From contig CM082587.2 of NCBI GenBank assembly GCA_040954595.2, forward strand, positions 4,668,093-4,732,092: 64,000 bases of DNA, written 5' to 3'. The notes beneath the pieces were generated by a model, which saw only the letters and a program-made list of their open reading frames with translations, was not told the origin of the DNA and searched no databases. A program made the translations under genes and the position numbers. This document shows, piece by piece, positions 22,503-37,500 of this stretch (position 1 is its first letter; each line of letters starts with the position of its first letter). The stretch is from Balanoglossus misakiensis (lineage: Eukaryota > Animalia > Hemichordata).

Positions 22503-25500
22503 TAGTCACCGAATATTGCAAATTAGGGATGGATTTCAAATCGTCCCAAAATATATACGTGTATCTTTACTACATTAGAAGGCCCATGCCATTATATACG
22601 GACACAAGTGGACACGTACCGTAGCATGAAGGAGCTACATCACTCCAGATCCCGTTGGTACACGTTAGATTACTCGCCCCATACAAGTAATAGTTCACGA
22701 CACAGGAGTAGGACAACGATTCTCCGTGGTGAGTGCCTCCTGTGCGGCTGCCGTCGTCGGGTGTGCCAGGGTCACTGCAGTCCGCTGGAATTATACAGTA
22801 ACAGAATGTGAGATAGATAGACAGACATACATGCGCACAGAGAGACAGACAGAGAGACAGACAGATACATACATACATAACATGTTTCCTGGGCGCGCTA
22901 GCTTAAAACCAGAACATTTCCTACTGGTAACTGAAATTGTTTTTATTTATTTGGACCTTGTCTTTCCAGATAGTATTTTTGTATATCCATTCTTTAGGGA
23001 CGATATGATCATCCTAAATTGTTCTCTAGATTCTGGAGGAGGCATACAAGCCGTCCTCAAACATTTTGCGATAATTTTTTTTTCTCATATACCGTGAAAG
23101 GAACTCATTATAATGGAGCATTCAGTGGCACGGTTATGACTTGTATTTTGTTAACGTCTTTAATATATTATTTGTCACAGAATCCTTCTGCAAGTGAAAG
23201 AATAGTTAACATTTGAGTTGAAGACTGGGAAATGAAAGCTCGCTGCTGATTGGTTCAAGTCACCTGGACCACCTGAACATGGAAATTGCGTCTTGTCATC
23301 CGGGCATTTTCGTAAAAGACGGCCATGCTGCTGGTACCGTGCATGTAGCCTGCGTTTAGTTGCGGATGCGATGAACTCAATTCAACAACAGAGTTTCTCT
23401 GATGTTTATTTTGCTGCAAAGAGGCGGTAAGTAAAATAACAGGAGTATACAGTTACTCAATTTTCGACCGGACTCGTATGTCTTATTGTGGCGAGTTACG
23501 GACTAAAAAGTCAGACTTCGACGTTTCTCCGACTACCACTGAGATGAAACAGCGTGCTGGCTATCGTCAGACAACGCCCATTGTTTTGTTTACTTCCGCC
23601 TCGTACTTTGAAAGCGACCCATTTTCATTGGCATTGAGCGGATTGGTTTATCACTTGTGTTTTTGTTAACTTCTTGTACGGTGATCACGGTAGAAATTTT
23701 GTTTCATGTTGACTGATAGACATTCACTTCGTTTGCTTGTTCTGCAGATCCAAAGGCCAGATGTACTGATAATGATGTCCAGCAACCAAGCTGACCAGTT
23801 GTTCCTTCCCGCCATGCATCTGTGACTGGTGCTCGTACGTTCAACGCGGATGCTATGATGTTACAAGCATGATGTCAGAGTAAGCGGTATCAGCCAAGTT
23901 TTTTTTGGCAATTTTTAAGATCTTTCAACGATTCTGACTGGTGCCGGTAGCCAGTTCAGCGAACCGATTTTGCACAAATCTGAAGAATGCAACAATACGG
24001 ATGCCATATGTGGATGTCATTACAGTTTTGAAACCAACATGACTACATGCTCGGTGCATGGGTCATTTTTGTTACGGCACCAACAAGTTCCTCGGCTTTG
24101 AATGCTTCGAAAGGTGCTTGTTGTTGTAAGTGTGTGTGTGTGCATGTGTGTGTCACGGTAAGTTGTACGGTATATTTGGGCCATGCAACTGTAGTCTACA
24201 ATGAGGTGAGCGTTTGTATGTTCCATGGCTGAATGAAGACCAGTGGATGGTATGAAGTTTCATAACAAGTAAGTTATATAGACATAAATAAAATCCCCGG
24301 TGCGGGTGGGTCCCATCCCTCAGACAGTCGGTTAATACTTAATACAGGTTTTTTGAGCTTTGTCATCGTTCGTCTTTATTCAATAAAAAATATTAAAAAC
24401 ATCCACGTACTGCTAAAACTGGGAGTGGATTATTCCCGTACCGAACATCTTCGCGCGTGCGTATATAGATAGTACAAGTTCTTTGAGATTTATAATCTTT
24501 CGTCATTATTCAATAAAAAAATGTTAAAAACATACACGCACTCATAATACTGGGAGTGGTTTATTTCCGTACCGATCATCTTCGCGCGTGCGTATTTAAT
24601 ACAAGTTCTTTGAGATTTGTGAGCTTTCGTCATTTTTCAATAAAAATTTATCTAAAAAATGCATGCACTGATAAAAATGGGAGTGGTTTATTTCCGTACC
24701 GATCATTTTCCCTAACTCCATGTACGATGATAAAATTGAAGGTATTGTCATTCCTTTAATTTGTTATATCTCTACATGTATGTACAGAGTTTGACATAAG
24801 CCAGGAAGTATTAGTGAGGATGGGTATATTTTAGGTGTTTAATTGCTTGAGAAATGACTTGTATTTTGATCATGAGTCACTGGATATTCATGTCAAAATC
24901 TTTCAATACAATACGTTGTCCACTTACCAAAACATAACGGTGGTACATTGCTCCACACGCCATCGCTGCAAGTGACCATACTATCTCCAACCATTGTGAA
25001 CTCTGAATTACACACATAATTCATGACGGTTCCGTGTGTCAGTGTGCCAAAGCGTTGTCCGTTAACTGGCGTCCCGGGGTCCGTACAGTCAGCTGGAATG
25101 ATAAGACAAGCACATTTCCTTCAGCTAGACAGATTTTCAGAAAATGATATATAATTCTCCAAGCATTTCAAATATATGACATATTAAAACAATGAAGAAT
25201 GCGTAGTGTTCACCGTCTTGTTTCATAAAAATCGATCTTTTATATTTTCTCCATATAATTAACATAGAGGTGACGGCCGCCATTTTGAATTTCAAATTTG
25301 AGACCCCTTAATTTTCATTCGCAATCTTTAAGAAATTATCTAAAGTTACTGGAGTAAAATATGACAAAAAGTTCCATCATAGCCTAACATCATTTGCGGG
25401 CACCCGTGCGCCCTTACCGTAGCATGTTCCCGGACTGTCGCTCCACGTCCCGTCGCTGCAGGTAGACGTGCTATTTCCGACCAAGGTGTAGCCTCCATCA

Positions 25501-28500
25501 CAGCTGAAAACAACTCCGTTGCCATGGAAACTGCTTCCCGCGACATTACCGTTGGCCGGAGACGCCGGCATTGTGCAGTCGGCTGAGATGTAAAACAAAG
25601 GACATGGTAATTTTACCCCATTCATTATAAATAATGAACCTAAAGTTTAGACACCAAAACTCATCTGGTCCATCTATCATGACTCCTAATCTATCAAGAT
25701 ATTATCTAGCATGGGTCGAAATCAGTCAAACTAAAATTGACACTCCAGGGCTCAAAACACTTCTGCTACGCCGAAATACTAGTACATGTTAATCTCTAAT
25801 TTATGACAAAATAATATTGTGGTGATTTTTGATAAATACCAGTCCTCGCTGGTTAATCTCACTGCAAACTAAATGTTAATGATGTTGTAAAGATCGTGCA
25901 AGTAATAATTAGTTGACAAAGTTTACCGTAACAGGTTGGCGCCGTGCCAATCCAGCCTCCGTCTTGACATACAATGAACTGGTTGCCAGTCAGTGAATAG
26001 CCGACATTGCAAATGAACGTCACGATATCTCCATGGCCTGAAGTGCCGGTAGCGACGCCGTTCGCCGGCGATGAAGCCGGCACGCAGTTTTCTGAGAGGG
26101 GGAGAGAGAAAGAGAGGGAGAGAAAAAGAGAGACAAAAGAGAGAGAAATCAGTCGACGGGGCTTTTCACGAAATCACGGTTTCCGTTTATTCTCGCGGAA
26201 CGCGGACACGCCACCTACTCACGCCTCGTAGCGTTCTTCGAGGAGAAACATTTTCATCATTCCTGGAATTGTGCATGAGTGCTGTTTACCCGTGGCCATT
26301 GTAACGTCACGAAATGTCTTTGATGCAAGGTTTGATTTGTGCAGAAGCGTGTGTACACCAAATCGCAGTGACCTGCATGCTTGCATGCTAGTACTGTCAA
26401 TGGGATCTGAAGTACACTATACAGAATGAAAGAAAGTAAACCGAATATCTTGGAAAAGGAACGTGTTGTTGTTCTTTTGTGATACATATTCCAAGAAAGG
26501 GAGTTATCGATTTCTGGTAGTATTTCAGAATAGACAGTAATCAGAGAACCGGCGTTCTGTGTTTGAATTCATATATTCATTTACTGTATCTTGTCTGCTT
26601 CACATTGTGCGTTCACGTGTCATTTGTAGTAACCCTGGCTTGTCTATTTACACTGTAAAAGGAAGGCGTGGGCACAAAGTATACATGTTTTTCATTTTTT
26701 TTTCTTTTTACATTGTGAGCATTTTTAGAAAGACCAGACTAAAAGACCGATAGTAAGGTTTAAACGGAAGGAAGGTCTGACTAAGTACGTCAGCACCGCG
26801 TTTGCTACTACGCAGACAGAAATCTAATATTCGAGATTTTGTAGACCAACAGAGTGGCGATAACATCCGGGATATATACTTACGATGGCATGATGGGATG
26901 GGTTGGCTCCACACGCCGGCTGTGCACACAGTCGCGGCAGACCCTACCAGGGTGTGGCCAAGATTGCAGGTGTATTGGAGAGTAGCGCCATCAGTGAATA
27001 AACCGCTCTGGGTGCCATTCGGCAAAGGACCCGGATCAGAGCAATCGGAGGCTGCTGCAATAAAAGTAGAAAAAGATCAAAATTATGTAAAGTCACCAAA
27101 CACTTGTATCTATCAAAAAATAAACACACACCATCAGACATCAAGTACTCATTTATTTACCTGGTGGAGTGCCTGTCGTACAGGCGCCCTCGTCGTCACT
27201 GTTCGGACAGTCTCTAAACCCGTCGCACAACCTGACTGCTTGCAAGCAGGTGCCGTCGTCGCAAACGAAGTCGCCACCGGCGCACGCGCAGCCCATCTCG
27301 TCATCTCGTCCGGGGCAGTCGGCGAAGTAGTCGCAGCGCAGTGACGCTGGTATGCAGCTGTTGTCGTTGCATTGGTACTCTCCAACCGAACAATCTGAAA
27401 GACAGCAAAGTATGTTAGTATACTGCGCATGACATGTGTGTGCGCGGTTTTACTTTAGGGACAGTGTAGTAGACTCTCAAATCTGGTCAAAACCTGTACA
27501 ATGGTAATTTTCAGCGCCTACAACAAGCACAGCCAGATACGCACGTCTCTGTGGACCGCATACACATTACGTTTCCGCGCTGGTAATATTGCGAACATTT
27601 TTCACTCTTGCATTATCAGAAATTGAAATACGCATTACGATGATAAAAAGCTTCACGTGGTCCACAGACGAGTAATAAATTCTAGGTCTTGAAAAGTAAA
27701 ATAATAATTCAGCGGCCTTCGCATTGTTTGTGGTGACGACTGCAGATAAACAGGTCTATACGAATGCAATTTAGACTTCGCACGGTTCTTCATTCATCAT
27801 GTCTGAATCCCGTTTTCCATTATCCAAGCCTGATGCATGTTTTACAAATTGGTAGTGAAACGTTTGTAGCAAGGTGTCTTATATCAAAGACCACCGTTTC
27901 GTGCAGGCTATTATATAAAGTTTAGACTTTTGATTTATGTGTTGCCATGGTCACTGTTTTCTCGAACCATAAACCGGATGATCACCCGATTACAAAACAC
28001 CGCGATTGCAATGCAGGATTTTTTTACGTGATGGAAGTTTCTCGTAAGATCGTGAGAATTTTAAATATAACTGGCTTATTACGTGACGGAAACTTAAGTT
28101 TAATGACTTTTAAACGTGCAATAACTGAATAGCATTGCTTCAATAGACATTCATCTAAGCTTGCATTGATTTTACGATTTGCAGGGTTAAGAGACCATTT
28201 TATGGAGGCTGAACTCGCGCGTGTTTAGGTGATCTTTAATCTTAATTTACCAGTGGTAGCTTTATCGTTTCCGACGGTTTGATAATCTTCAAAGAAACAC
28301 ACGCTATAGTTAGCGTAATCATTTAATCTTTAGGATATTCTGTATTACTGCATTAAACATAGAAGGCACCTTTGCTTAAATTTGACTTCAAGCACTTATT
28401 AGTAAGTTCCCGTTTGCGGTTATTGCGGCGAGCTTTGGCATCGAAAATAATTCCGCTATATAGTTTTGTCTTCAATTCTACTACATAAAACTGATTTCAT

Positions 28501-31500
28501 TTAGAACCTGAAAATTAGCATTGGGAAAGAGACATTTCAAGTTTTTAGAGATAAATACTGCGTAGGTTGTTAAATTTCGATACATAAAGTGGTTGCTAAG
28601 CCTCTGACGTAATTTATACGTGTTTTTTTTTCGCGTAATAATACGAAGTCTGATTTCTGTTGTGATAATGACGTCGTTGGGTCATTGGCCTGTTTGAGAT
28701 TCAGCAAGGCACATGTGTGAGGTGGTCCGATATGTACATTTGACCGTGGTTTGCTATAAGCTGTAGGCTTCAGCGAGCCCTGGAATGTTTACAGATTGGT
28801 TTTCAATGAGCAGGTGCTGATTACACACACGGTTGGCAGTGATCGATTGGACAGCGTGCCCGCGTATATACTAGTATGAGGCCTTAGCTATAGATATGCA
28901 AGGAACGCTCGGTATCAACGACGAGGCATATTCTTTAATGGGGAAATCAACTCGAAATACTTGCAATAAAATCAAATGGAGGAAATCGTACGGCCGGACC
29001 ACAGCGGGTTGTTAGCATCCGCCGATCGATTTTGCTTACATTCGGCTGTCGCGATGGAAGGTGTGAAGCTAGCACATTGCTTGGCTATAAAAGGATCCAC
29101 CAGAGATCATTTCAATTAAAATTGGCCAGGTGCATCAATTACGGCGTACCTATATCTACACGGCTTTCGTTACGTTTATCTTCTGAGCATGCGTAGTCTG
29201 ATACACCGTAGATGTACATGTATTACACCTTATTGCTTGTGTTCCTTGCCCGGTGATAGGGTGATAGTGAAACGTTTATAGATTAGATGCAGATAACACG
29301 AATATTTCTAATATCTTTCAATTATTGCTGCATGCTATAATAAATGATCTCGCTCATCCCTTACTTCGAAAAAAGTGATTATACGTACATTTGCAGTGAT
29401 TCATGTGTTTTTCTTAATATATATTTTTAGTCGTACAATATCCGCACAGTCCTATACCGAAAAGTCGATGAATGTACTTTCGTTCGCGACAATATTCTAT
29501 TATTCAAAAATGAGGTCATGTACATACCATAAATTTTATTACAGCAGCGGTCGTTTTGTAAATACCTAGTTATTAACTTCTACCGACCTTTTCCATTTAT
29601 TCGTAGAGATTACTCGATTTAATTCCCTCTTCCATGAAGTCTTTCATGCAAATTTACGATGCCCGAATTTCGATGAAATGACTTGGGGCCAGTCGAAGAT
29701 AGCAACTTTTCCCCCTAGGATGAACGTTTCCTCTTTTCGCAATAGAGAAAGGACGATTATATCCGAAATGTCTTAACCGTTGCATGTTTAAAAGATTAAT
29801 GTTCCTGTTCTAAACGCCTTGAAATTTAAACGCTAGTGAATAAATCCACGGTCTACGGGAAAACAAACATGGAAATGAATTCCACTCGTGTTCCCGAGTT
29901 TTCCAATCCATGGAGCTCTTAAGCCCGGGAAAGCCCCATAAATCCACCGCTCAATCGGATACAGATCGTTTTAGCTGAGCATGCTCCGGCGGAGAAACGT
30001 GGCGATCATGCCGACGTTGCACAACATCAGTCGGATGCCCTACGGCGCTACCCTTTCAGACCGAACCATAAGGCGTCCGAATGAGTTTATAAGCCTCTTT
30101 ACGGAAGTATACGTCATAGAGAAGAATTAGTTTTCCTGGCCTACTCTCGTAATTTTAATGACACTAATGCATTTACCCTATGACGTTTGCCTTGTAGTCA
30201 GGGTTCTCTATTCATGATCTCACACGACTGTATTCCGGTCGAAACGTTTGTAAAAGGACACTGACTTGACGAGGAAAGCGTGCCTTTTTATTCTCGATGC
30301 GTACATGTGTACATTGTAATTACCCGAGCTTCCTTGTTTTCGCACTGATTTTATACTTCGCGTAAACCGATCAATGTTCATACATCATATTTGATATTTG
30401 ACCGGATTTCGTTCAAAGGTGAGCGGGAATGCGTAAAATAAAGAAAATGTATTTTTGTGATCGCGATGATACAGAGATTTCATGTTAAAAGCGTAGCAGT
30501 AAACAGGATGTGACGATTTTGAAAGTCAGTCAGGAGAAGTTTGGATTTTTGTCACGTAGAGGTGAGCTATCAATATGGCGGCCTGACATTTATACCGCGA
30601 CAGCAAATTCAGAGAAGCAGGCACGGTTACGTGTATACGTCTAGCCACACTCAGCCTTGAGTGCCATACAATGACACCGATTTGCACGCCAGAAAAAAAG
30701 AGGCCGGTGATCGCATGCCCGCATTATTGGTAATCTGGCCCAGGGACCATCAACATGAAATTTACTGCCCGTCGAACAAGCCCAAGTGCACGTGATATAA
30801 CGATTAATCTTACGGCACAGAGGAGTTGCTATTGAAAAACCCCGACTGGATTGAGCTCTCCAAAGGTCTTTCACTCACTAAAATCGTTCTTGGTAATTCA
30901 AATTATCACTGCACGCGAGACAGCAATATTACGAAATGCAAAGTAAGTCGTAAAACCGTCACAAGAAATCATATGCAGTTTAGAATTGTGGATCACTATG
31001 CTTGTGCATGCTCGGTGCGTTCTGCCATTATCGTTAACTAAGACAACTGATACGAAAAGACAAAATCTTAGGCAATCTGCCGGCTTTATTGACATTCACA
31101 GCAATCACCACCGAACATTACTAAGATCCGACTGTATCAAACGACTCGGGTATTTTCGCTACAGGTGGCAACACGCCAAGCAATTTGCAGCATTCCTGGG
31201 ACTCAACAACTGTCAAATTCCATCACATTGTCAATTATACCTGCTGACAATTGATCTTTCAGGGTGTAATCTGAAAGCAATTTACCATACGACTGGGGTA
31301 TCGCATGCTGTGTAAAACGGAGACGATGAAACTACTCTACAAACGCTAGATATGTTGATGAACATCGTTTTCAGACGATCCTTACTTCTAACGTAGATTA
31401 AGAAAAAACATTTGCAACAGGAATGCATGCATGTCTTTGTGGGAAGACTGAAAGAACTTCGATCGCATTCATTCGCGGCTGTCTTTATTTTCTTCGAGCA

Positions 31501-34500
31501 CATCGTCAGAAATCTGTTTGCATCAAACCCGACCTTTCCTCGTTGTACGCGCAACAAACCTGTCGTCATGGTTGTGAAATATGAAATGTTTTGGCGGGTG
31601 ACGAAAATCGTGGAAAAACTCCATCGGAAATTGATCAACCTCCACAATAGGTGAAGAAAACCTCTTTCAGATAAATCGCTGCGGGGCACGCGTTATTCAG
31701 TTGCCAATATTCGCTGTGTGAACAAATCCTACGTGTGCCATCTGGTACCTGTCACTTAATACATATAAGTGTTGCAATTCTTCGCAGGGAGATTCGTCAG
31801 ATTTCAGAATTTAGCAACGTCCCCATGTCTTGCAGGCAAACAGACCCGTGCTAATAATCATACACCAACTCAAGGCTAAGGCGATTTGAAAAAAAACCTC
31901 GCACATGAGTTTATATCATGATTAATTAGATTCTACTTTACTCTGCCTCGTTTTTTCTTTACTTTGAGAATATCGATGAAATGTAAATGTTAGATTAAGG
32001 CTAATACTGAAAAATGAGTGTGTACTGAACTTTCGTTAAATCGGAGATTATCTCTTTGCCTGCATAAATCAAACAACCTGCCCCAAGCTCATCAGAAAAG
32101 ATATCATCCCGGCTTCACTTAATATAATGCTGGATTAAAATCGAAATTAATTTTAACATTTTTTCTGAGCTTGCTAATAGAACGTTTTCGGTATTTTTTG
32201 CATGGATTTTAATTTGTTTTCTCTTTCGCGTATTTTCCGTTACGCTGCTTCCACGTATGTTTTTATCAATCAAATACAATTCAATTCGTTATTTATTTTC
32301 AAGCTTGGATTGGTGCATACCAAGCGCCTATTTATCGAGCTATTTTGGCCCTTTCAATTACCAGATTATAGGGTTTCAATGACACTTCTGCTGTGATTTG
32401 CTCGCCGTTCAAATTTCTAGGTCACACATACCTTTACCAAAAGCCAGTGTTTCCACATATGAAACATGCTCGAAACGAGGAATTTGTAATTCCAATCTTT
32501 TGACAGTTTTCGAACCACTGATTCGCTTATGAGATACTGACATAAAAACCAACCTTCCAATATGCGATATGTCGTAAATGATCAGGTATCGTTGCTTAAT
32601 TAAATAGCGAAATGTCGGTGTTTTGATACCTTCGCACGTAAAACAGTGGGCCTGTTCTCATATTCATTCTCAAAGAAATACAACAAAAACTTCGACCTTT
32701 ATTGATTTTTGAAAGTTATCCTTAGCAACCGTTCTTCTCAGTGAGCATCCTTCAGCATTGCATGACGTCATGTGAGTCACATGTGCGACAAATCACACTT
32801 TTTTTCAACATCGAATTCTGAGATGAAGCATTGTGCATTTTGAAACTCACGTTACTCAAAGTTCATAAATTGTTAGATACGCGACGCACGCGTGTAATAA
32901 GTTATGTCTGCCTGTCAACTGTGACGATGCTATCCGAAAGATTCATGCAAGTGAGTATAGTTAATTGACATCGTCAATTCAAAGATATTAAATTGTAGCA
33001 GAGATCCATGCATTATTTAAATTAATATACGGGTAACGAAGCGAGCTTCACGAATGCGTCACGAATAAAAGCCTAGTAATTTTAACATACGTACTTCACT
33101 TTTTTAAAAGCCAGAGTATCACAAAAAACAAAAAAACTATTTTGCTGAGCCCCAACATCTGTGCCTTTAATACGGACTGTTTACAAAGAACTGATTTGCG
33201 GCCCTGATGGGCCAATAATTGCGACAAATGTCGGTGTGCCAAATGGCTGTTCATTCTAATTGATTGCGGGATCAAGGCACGAGATGATTAAACAGAGAAT
33301 TGGAACAGTTGAATCACCAGAGAGAGATTGCGCACCACGTTGATGGAATGTCACCCGAAAATACAACCTCAATAACGACTACGAATGCGCCGTAATAACG
33401 GTGATAAAAATAACCGAAAGCCATTACAGCTCATAAAGGACACCACTGTGCCGTGCTAAGATGGGCAAAAAGCAATATCTAATAGATGTTAGATTTTATT
33501 AACAGTTCGGGCATGAAATTCAACCCGATACAGGCGTGGCTGTTGATGACGGTTCATTGAAACGTTCAAGTTGGCCCATTACGATTTCAATTGGTCAATT
33601 ATCGCGCCAGATAGACAAGAACATTAAAAAAGTCTGTCACTTCTGCCAATAGGAGCGCTCAACCGACATGGACGGTGTTGGCTCGGTATAGTCTGACCGC
33701 AGTCTGTCTCCATCTCTGACTGGATACATATCCTTAATTTAAATCCAAAACAAATCCGCAGTAAAGGCAACACGTAACAACAATTTCCCTGATCTTCTTG
33801 CATATAAATTCCGGTGGGAGCCTGATCCCCTTTCGCGCCGATTTGAGTGCCCACACACCCTTTATTTCTCTTTTACTACAATTTCAATTTTACTGACTAC
33901 GATTTTATGGCTGACGTTTTTGCATTACCCCGATAAGAAAACAGGTCAGGAGATAAATCAGAAATCCAGGAAAGTGTCTACACTTTTTTTCCGGATTTTA
34001 TACATGAATAGACTAAATGGAGAAAACCATATCTTTTAAATCTTAATGCAAGTCTAATTTGAATCTGAAATCACCGTTCCAGAGAATCGACGGTGTTTAT
34101 AATTTACGTTCATCTATTATTGAGTTTGCCAGTGTTTGTGTCTCTGTTACGAAAAATATTTTTGAACATTTGATTTTAGTCCGTGCGTGCGCGTGACAGT
34201 GAAATGAAAATTAAGATCATCTCTACGTGAAGTTCATAACGCGTATTTCATTTCAACAAAAAGCCTTTTTGATTGTCTGATTGTCATGGCGTTCCATCTG
34301 GTATGTCATGAATATTTCACACTACAAGAAAAGTTGTGTCCCATGATCGTGAAACTCCGTGATGTACACCCAAGAAAAATTGTTTGCAATAAACGGATGG
34401 ACCAGCGACCATCCATCATTATGGGCAGAAAGTGTTAACAGCCGTCCTGCCGCTAAAACACAGGCAAAGTGCTCGGGAACGTGTTAACACATCCCGTCGG

Positions 34501-37500
34501 GGTGGCGCCGTTTGTATACGTAAACGTAATCTCAAATCACTTCAATCTTTCCACTGTTGTAGCAACACCTATATGTTTATACTACCCTTTTGTTTTTATC
34601 GCTCAATATTAGTAAATTTTCACACCAATGCACAGTAATCATATCTTATCTCTTTTAGCAAATCGTCACGCGGCAGAAACAGATTTGTCAGGAAGTGCGC
34701 CATTGATGGTGAAATCTATGAATTCAAAATGGCTAGGCAAGGAAAATTGTCCCAATCATTGAAAATGCTGTTATATTCTAGTTTAATGAGAAATGCTATG
34801 GGACAATTTAAATCGAGAAGCAAGTTTACCTAAGAGTTGTAGGATTAAGTCAAGTTCTGATAACTGTGTAATAATGTATTGATATTGTTGAGGGATATTT
34901 GAAATTGTCAAATCTTAGCGAGAAGCAATATCCAATAGAAAAATTACATATAAATTGAAGTTACATACAGCGATGACAGACTGAAATTCGATCTCAAAAA
35001 TGAATACAGAATTGTATCTAACACGACTTAAAGTCCCCTAATTTGGATTCATTCAAGTACTTTCATCCGACAATTGAAGGCTGACAGAAAAAAAATCAAA
35101 TAATAGAAATACATGTTGGTTTGATGAAGATGCCAAACCCGAAATTAAGTCGTTGAAGAGACTTTTCGTTCAATCCATTCCCGTTATAATTGCTCTCGTT
35201 ACTTTAGAGGAGGCAAATAAAAGATGGCGTGTCGTTGGTACTTGAGTTACACATTTCCGGGATAACTGCTCTCTGATTACTGAGTAATGAAACTTTTCAA
35301 GGCGATCAAAGCCATCTTCTGCTCTTAAAGGACTCCCAGAATGCACCTTTTAGTGCCTTTCCATTCTCGCCACGATATCATTGTTGATATGCAACGAGAA
35401 CCCGCGCCCATCGAATAGAATCTCTTGAATGCGACGTGATGTCTACCCCTAATGTGACATCGGAGATGTTGTTGAAAGAAAGCCCGGTTGTTATACAGTT
35501 CTTGCGCCGTTTCTGTCAATTATCATAAAATTATATCGGTTTACTTTTAACAATCACGGTGTTAAGCACGACGACTGCTATTCAATGGAGATATTTTGTC
35601 GGCGTCCTTTTCCCGCCCGTCATGTCAAAGATGACGCTGACGGTAGGAGGAAGACACCTGGGTTACATCACGGCAACCGTTTTCTGATGAAAAAATATTT
35701 CGCCATTGTAGACACGTGACACCGCGGCCATTTTCCTTTTTTGAACTCACCGCAAAATCCCGACCTGTCCACGGCAGGTTTTGCTTTCAATTGCAATTGC
35801 GACATGTTTTCATTAGGTTCTACAGTAAGAAAAATATCAAATATTACCGTTCAAGTTCGATATGATAATATTACTTTTAAATTTACCAAAATACAACTCA
35901 TTTGTTTTGCCCCCCCCCCCCTCCAGTGTTATAATAAATTATGCCTAACTGTCTAAAAATTGGATCGGGACTCTTACAGTCGAATAGCATTTTTACGATC
36001 ACTATTTACGTTTGATCATTTCATTTTTCAATAAAGATATCCAATAAAACGAAGACTTTTAACAACGTGGTGGTCCAAAATGCTCTCTCATTAACCTACA
36101 CAAAGCGAATTTTTGACTATTTCCTATCTAGCAGATATCGGCATGGTATATTTGAACGCAGATTGTTTTATGTAGGCTCGTAAACATATGGTCCATTCGT
36201 CTGATCCTTTTTTCAGCTCAGGGTGCATAGAATGGTTGTCTAAATGTTAAATCATGCCGCCGGGTATAGTGTAATCGAATAAAGTAAGCGTGTTTGACAG
36301 ATCAGTGTGCCGCAGTCCAGGATTTTTTTTATCTATGTGTACCAGGCAACGTTGGTATTGTGCTATTAGTATATTGTCCAGGTTCTATTTTTGGTGTCGT
36401 GTACGGGCAAGCGCCGCAGGGTTCTTGTTAGTCTTGCTCCAAGACTGTGTGATACTGAAAATGAAATGCGCGTCTGCGTTACGTATAGAACGTCCTGTGG
36501 ACGCGACGCTAATCACACAGTCTTGCCGATTCTGTAAACGCCCTCAAGTGGTTTTACCAGATTTTGGTAAGTAGCGGAGAACATTCGAACCTCATGTGTC
36601 TGTCAATCAAATTAGCGTCGCGTCAACATGAGTTCTATATGCGTACATATCAGGTACAGAATACGCATTTTTGGGCGTTATCGCGAGCTTTGTGCGCTTC
36701 TAGATGTTCTACATGCAAATTAACGCCGCTCATGAATATTCATATCAAATATATGTGTGCAGAAACGTACAGTCGCTTTGCCTGGCGGCGCGTCGTACGA
36801 AAGTTCCATTCCTTATCGACAGGCACAGCGACTGCCATAGAGTCTAGGTTCTTGTTAGCGCACTCATATGAGTTGTTTAGTATTATGACATTATAATCAT
36901 TCTGTATTAACGATGTAAAATGTGCTATAGAGTGCTCCTCCAAACAAGGCAAAGGATGTATACACAGTGTACATGTATACAAACTGTTATTTAAAGGCAT
37001 TTATGTAAAGCTCGCGCAAAGCTGGTTGTATATTAATGAATGCTAAATAGCGTAGGAATTCATTTCCTGGTTATACTCTGTATATGAACATTCTGAGGAT
37101 AGATGTGACTTTACAGACCAAATGACATCGAGGAAAAAAATAACGCAATTCAACAAAGTGCTTGCGTTATTTTTCTTCCGAATTGGCCAAAACTCATTGA
37201 CTTGAGAGAAAACGTAAAAAAATCTACCAACTAAATTTCAAGTTAGTTTAATCTTTTTGCGTGGTTAAAAAAATACATATAAATGAACCTGGACAGGCTG
37301 ACGTAACAAAGACATTTTGTCAAAACTACCTTTGTAACCAAAATTCATTTCTCTTGAAAAAATAAATACTTCCGGGGCTTTGTTAAAATCGGTTTCTCTT
37401 GAAAGTTATGAATTGATGTTCAACACTTAAAATGAAACATCTATTTTCTTACAAAACATGCAAAATACAAGAGCTAGGATAAGCACTCCTGAAAACATAG

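Noticed and set aside
22345-22539. Poly-His ORF
   Set aside because: Intronic (GAT)n microsatellite
24340-24710. CRISPR-like repeat-spacer appearance
   Set aside because: Whole units are homologous and diverged, the context is a eukaryotic intron, and there are no cas genes
30826-31041. ORF ending IVDHYACAC, reminiscent of a PDGF/VEGF cystine-knot C-terminus
   Set aside because: No upstream knot motif, signal peptide or convincing splice sites
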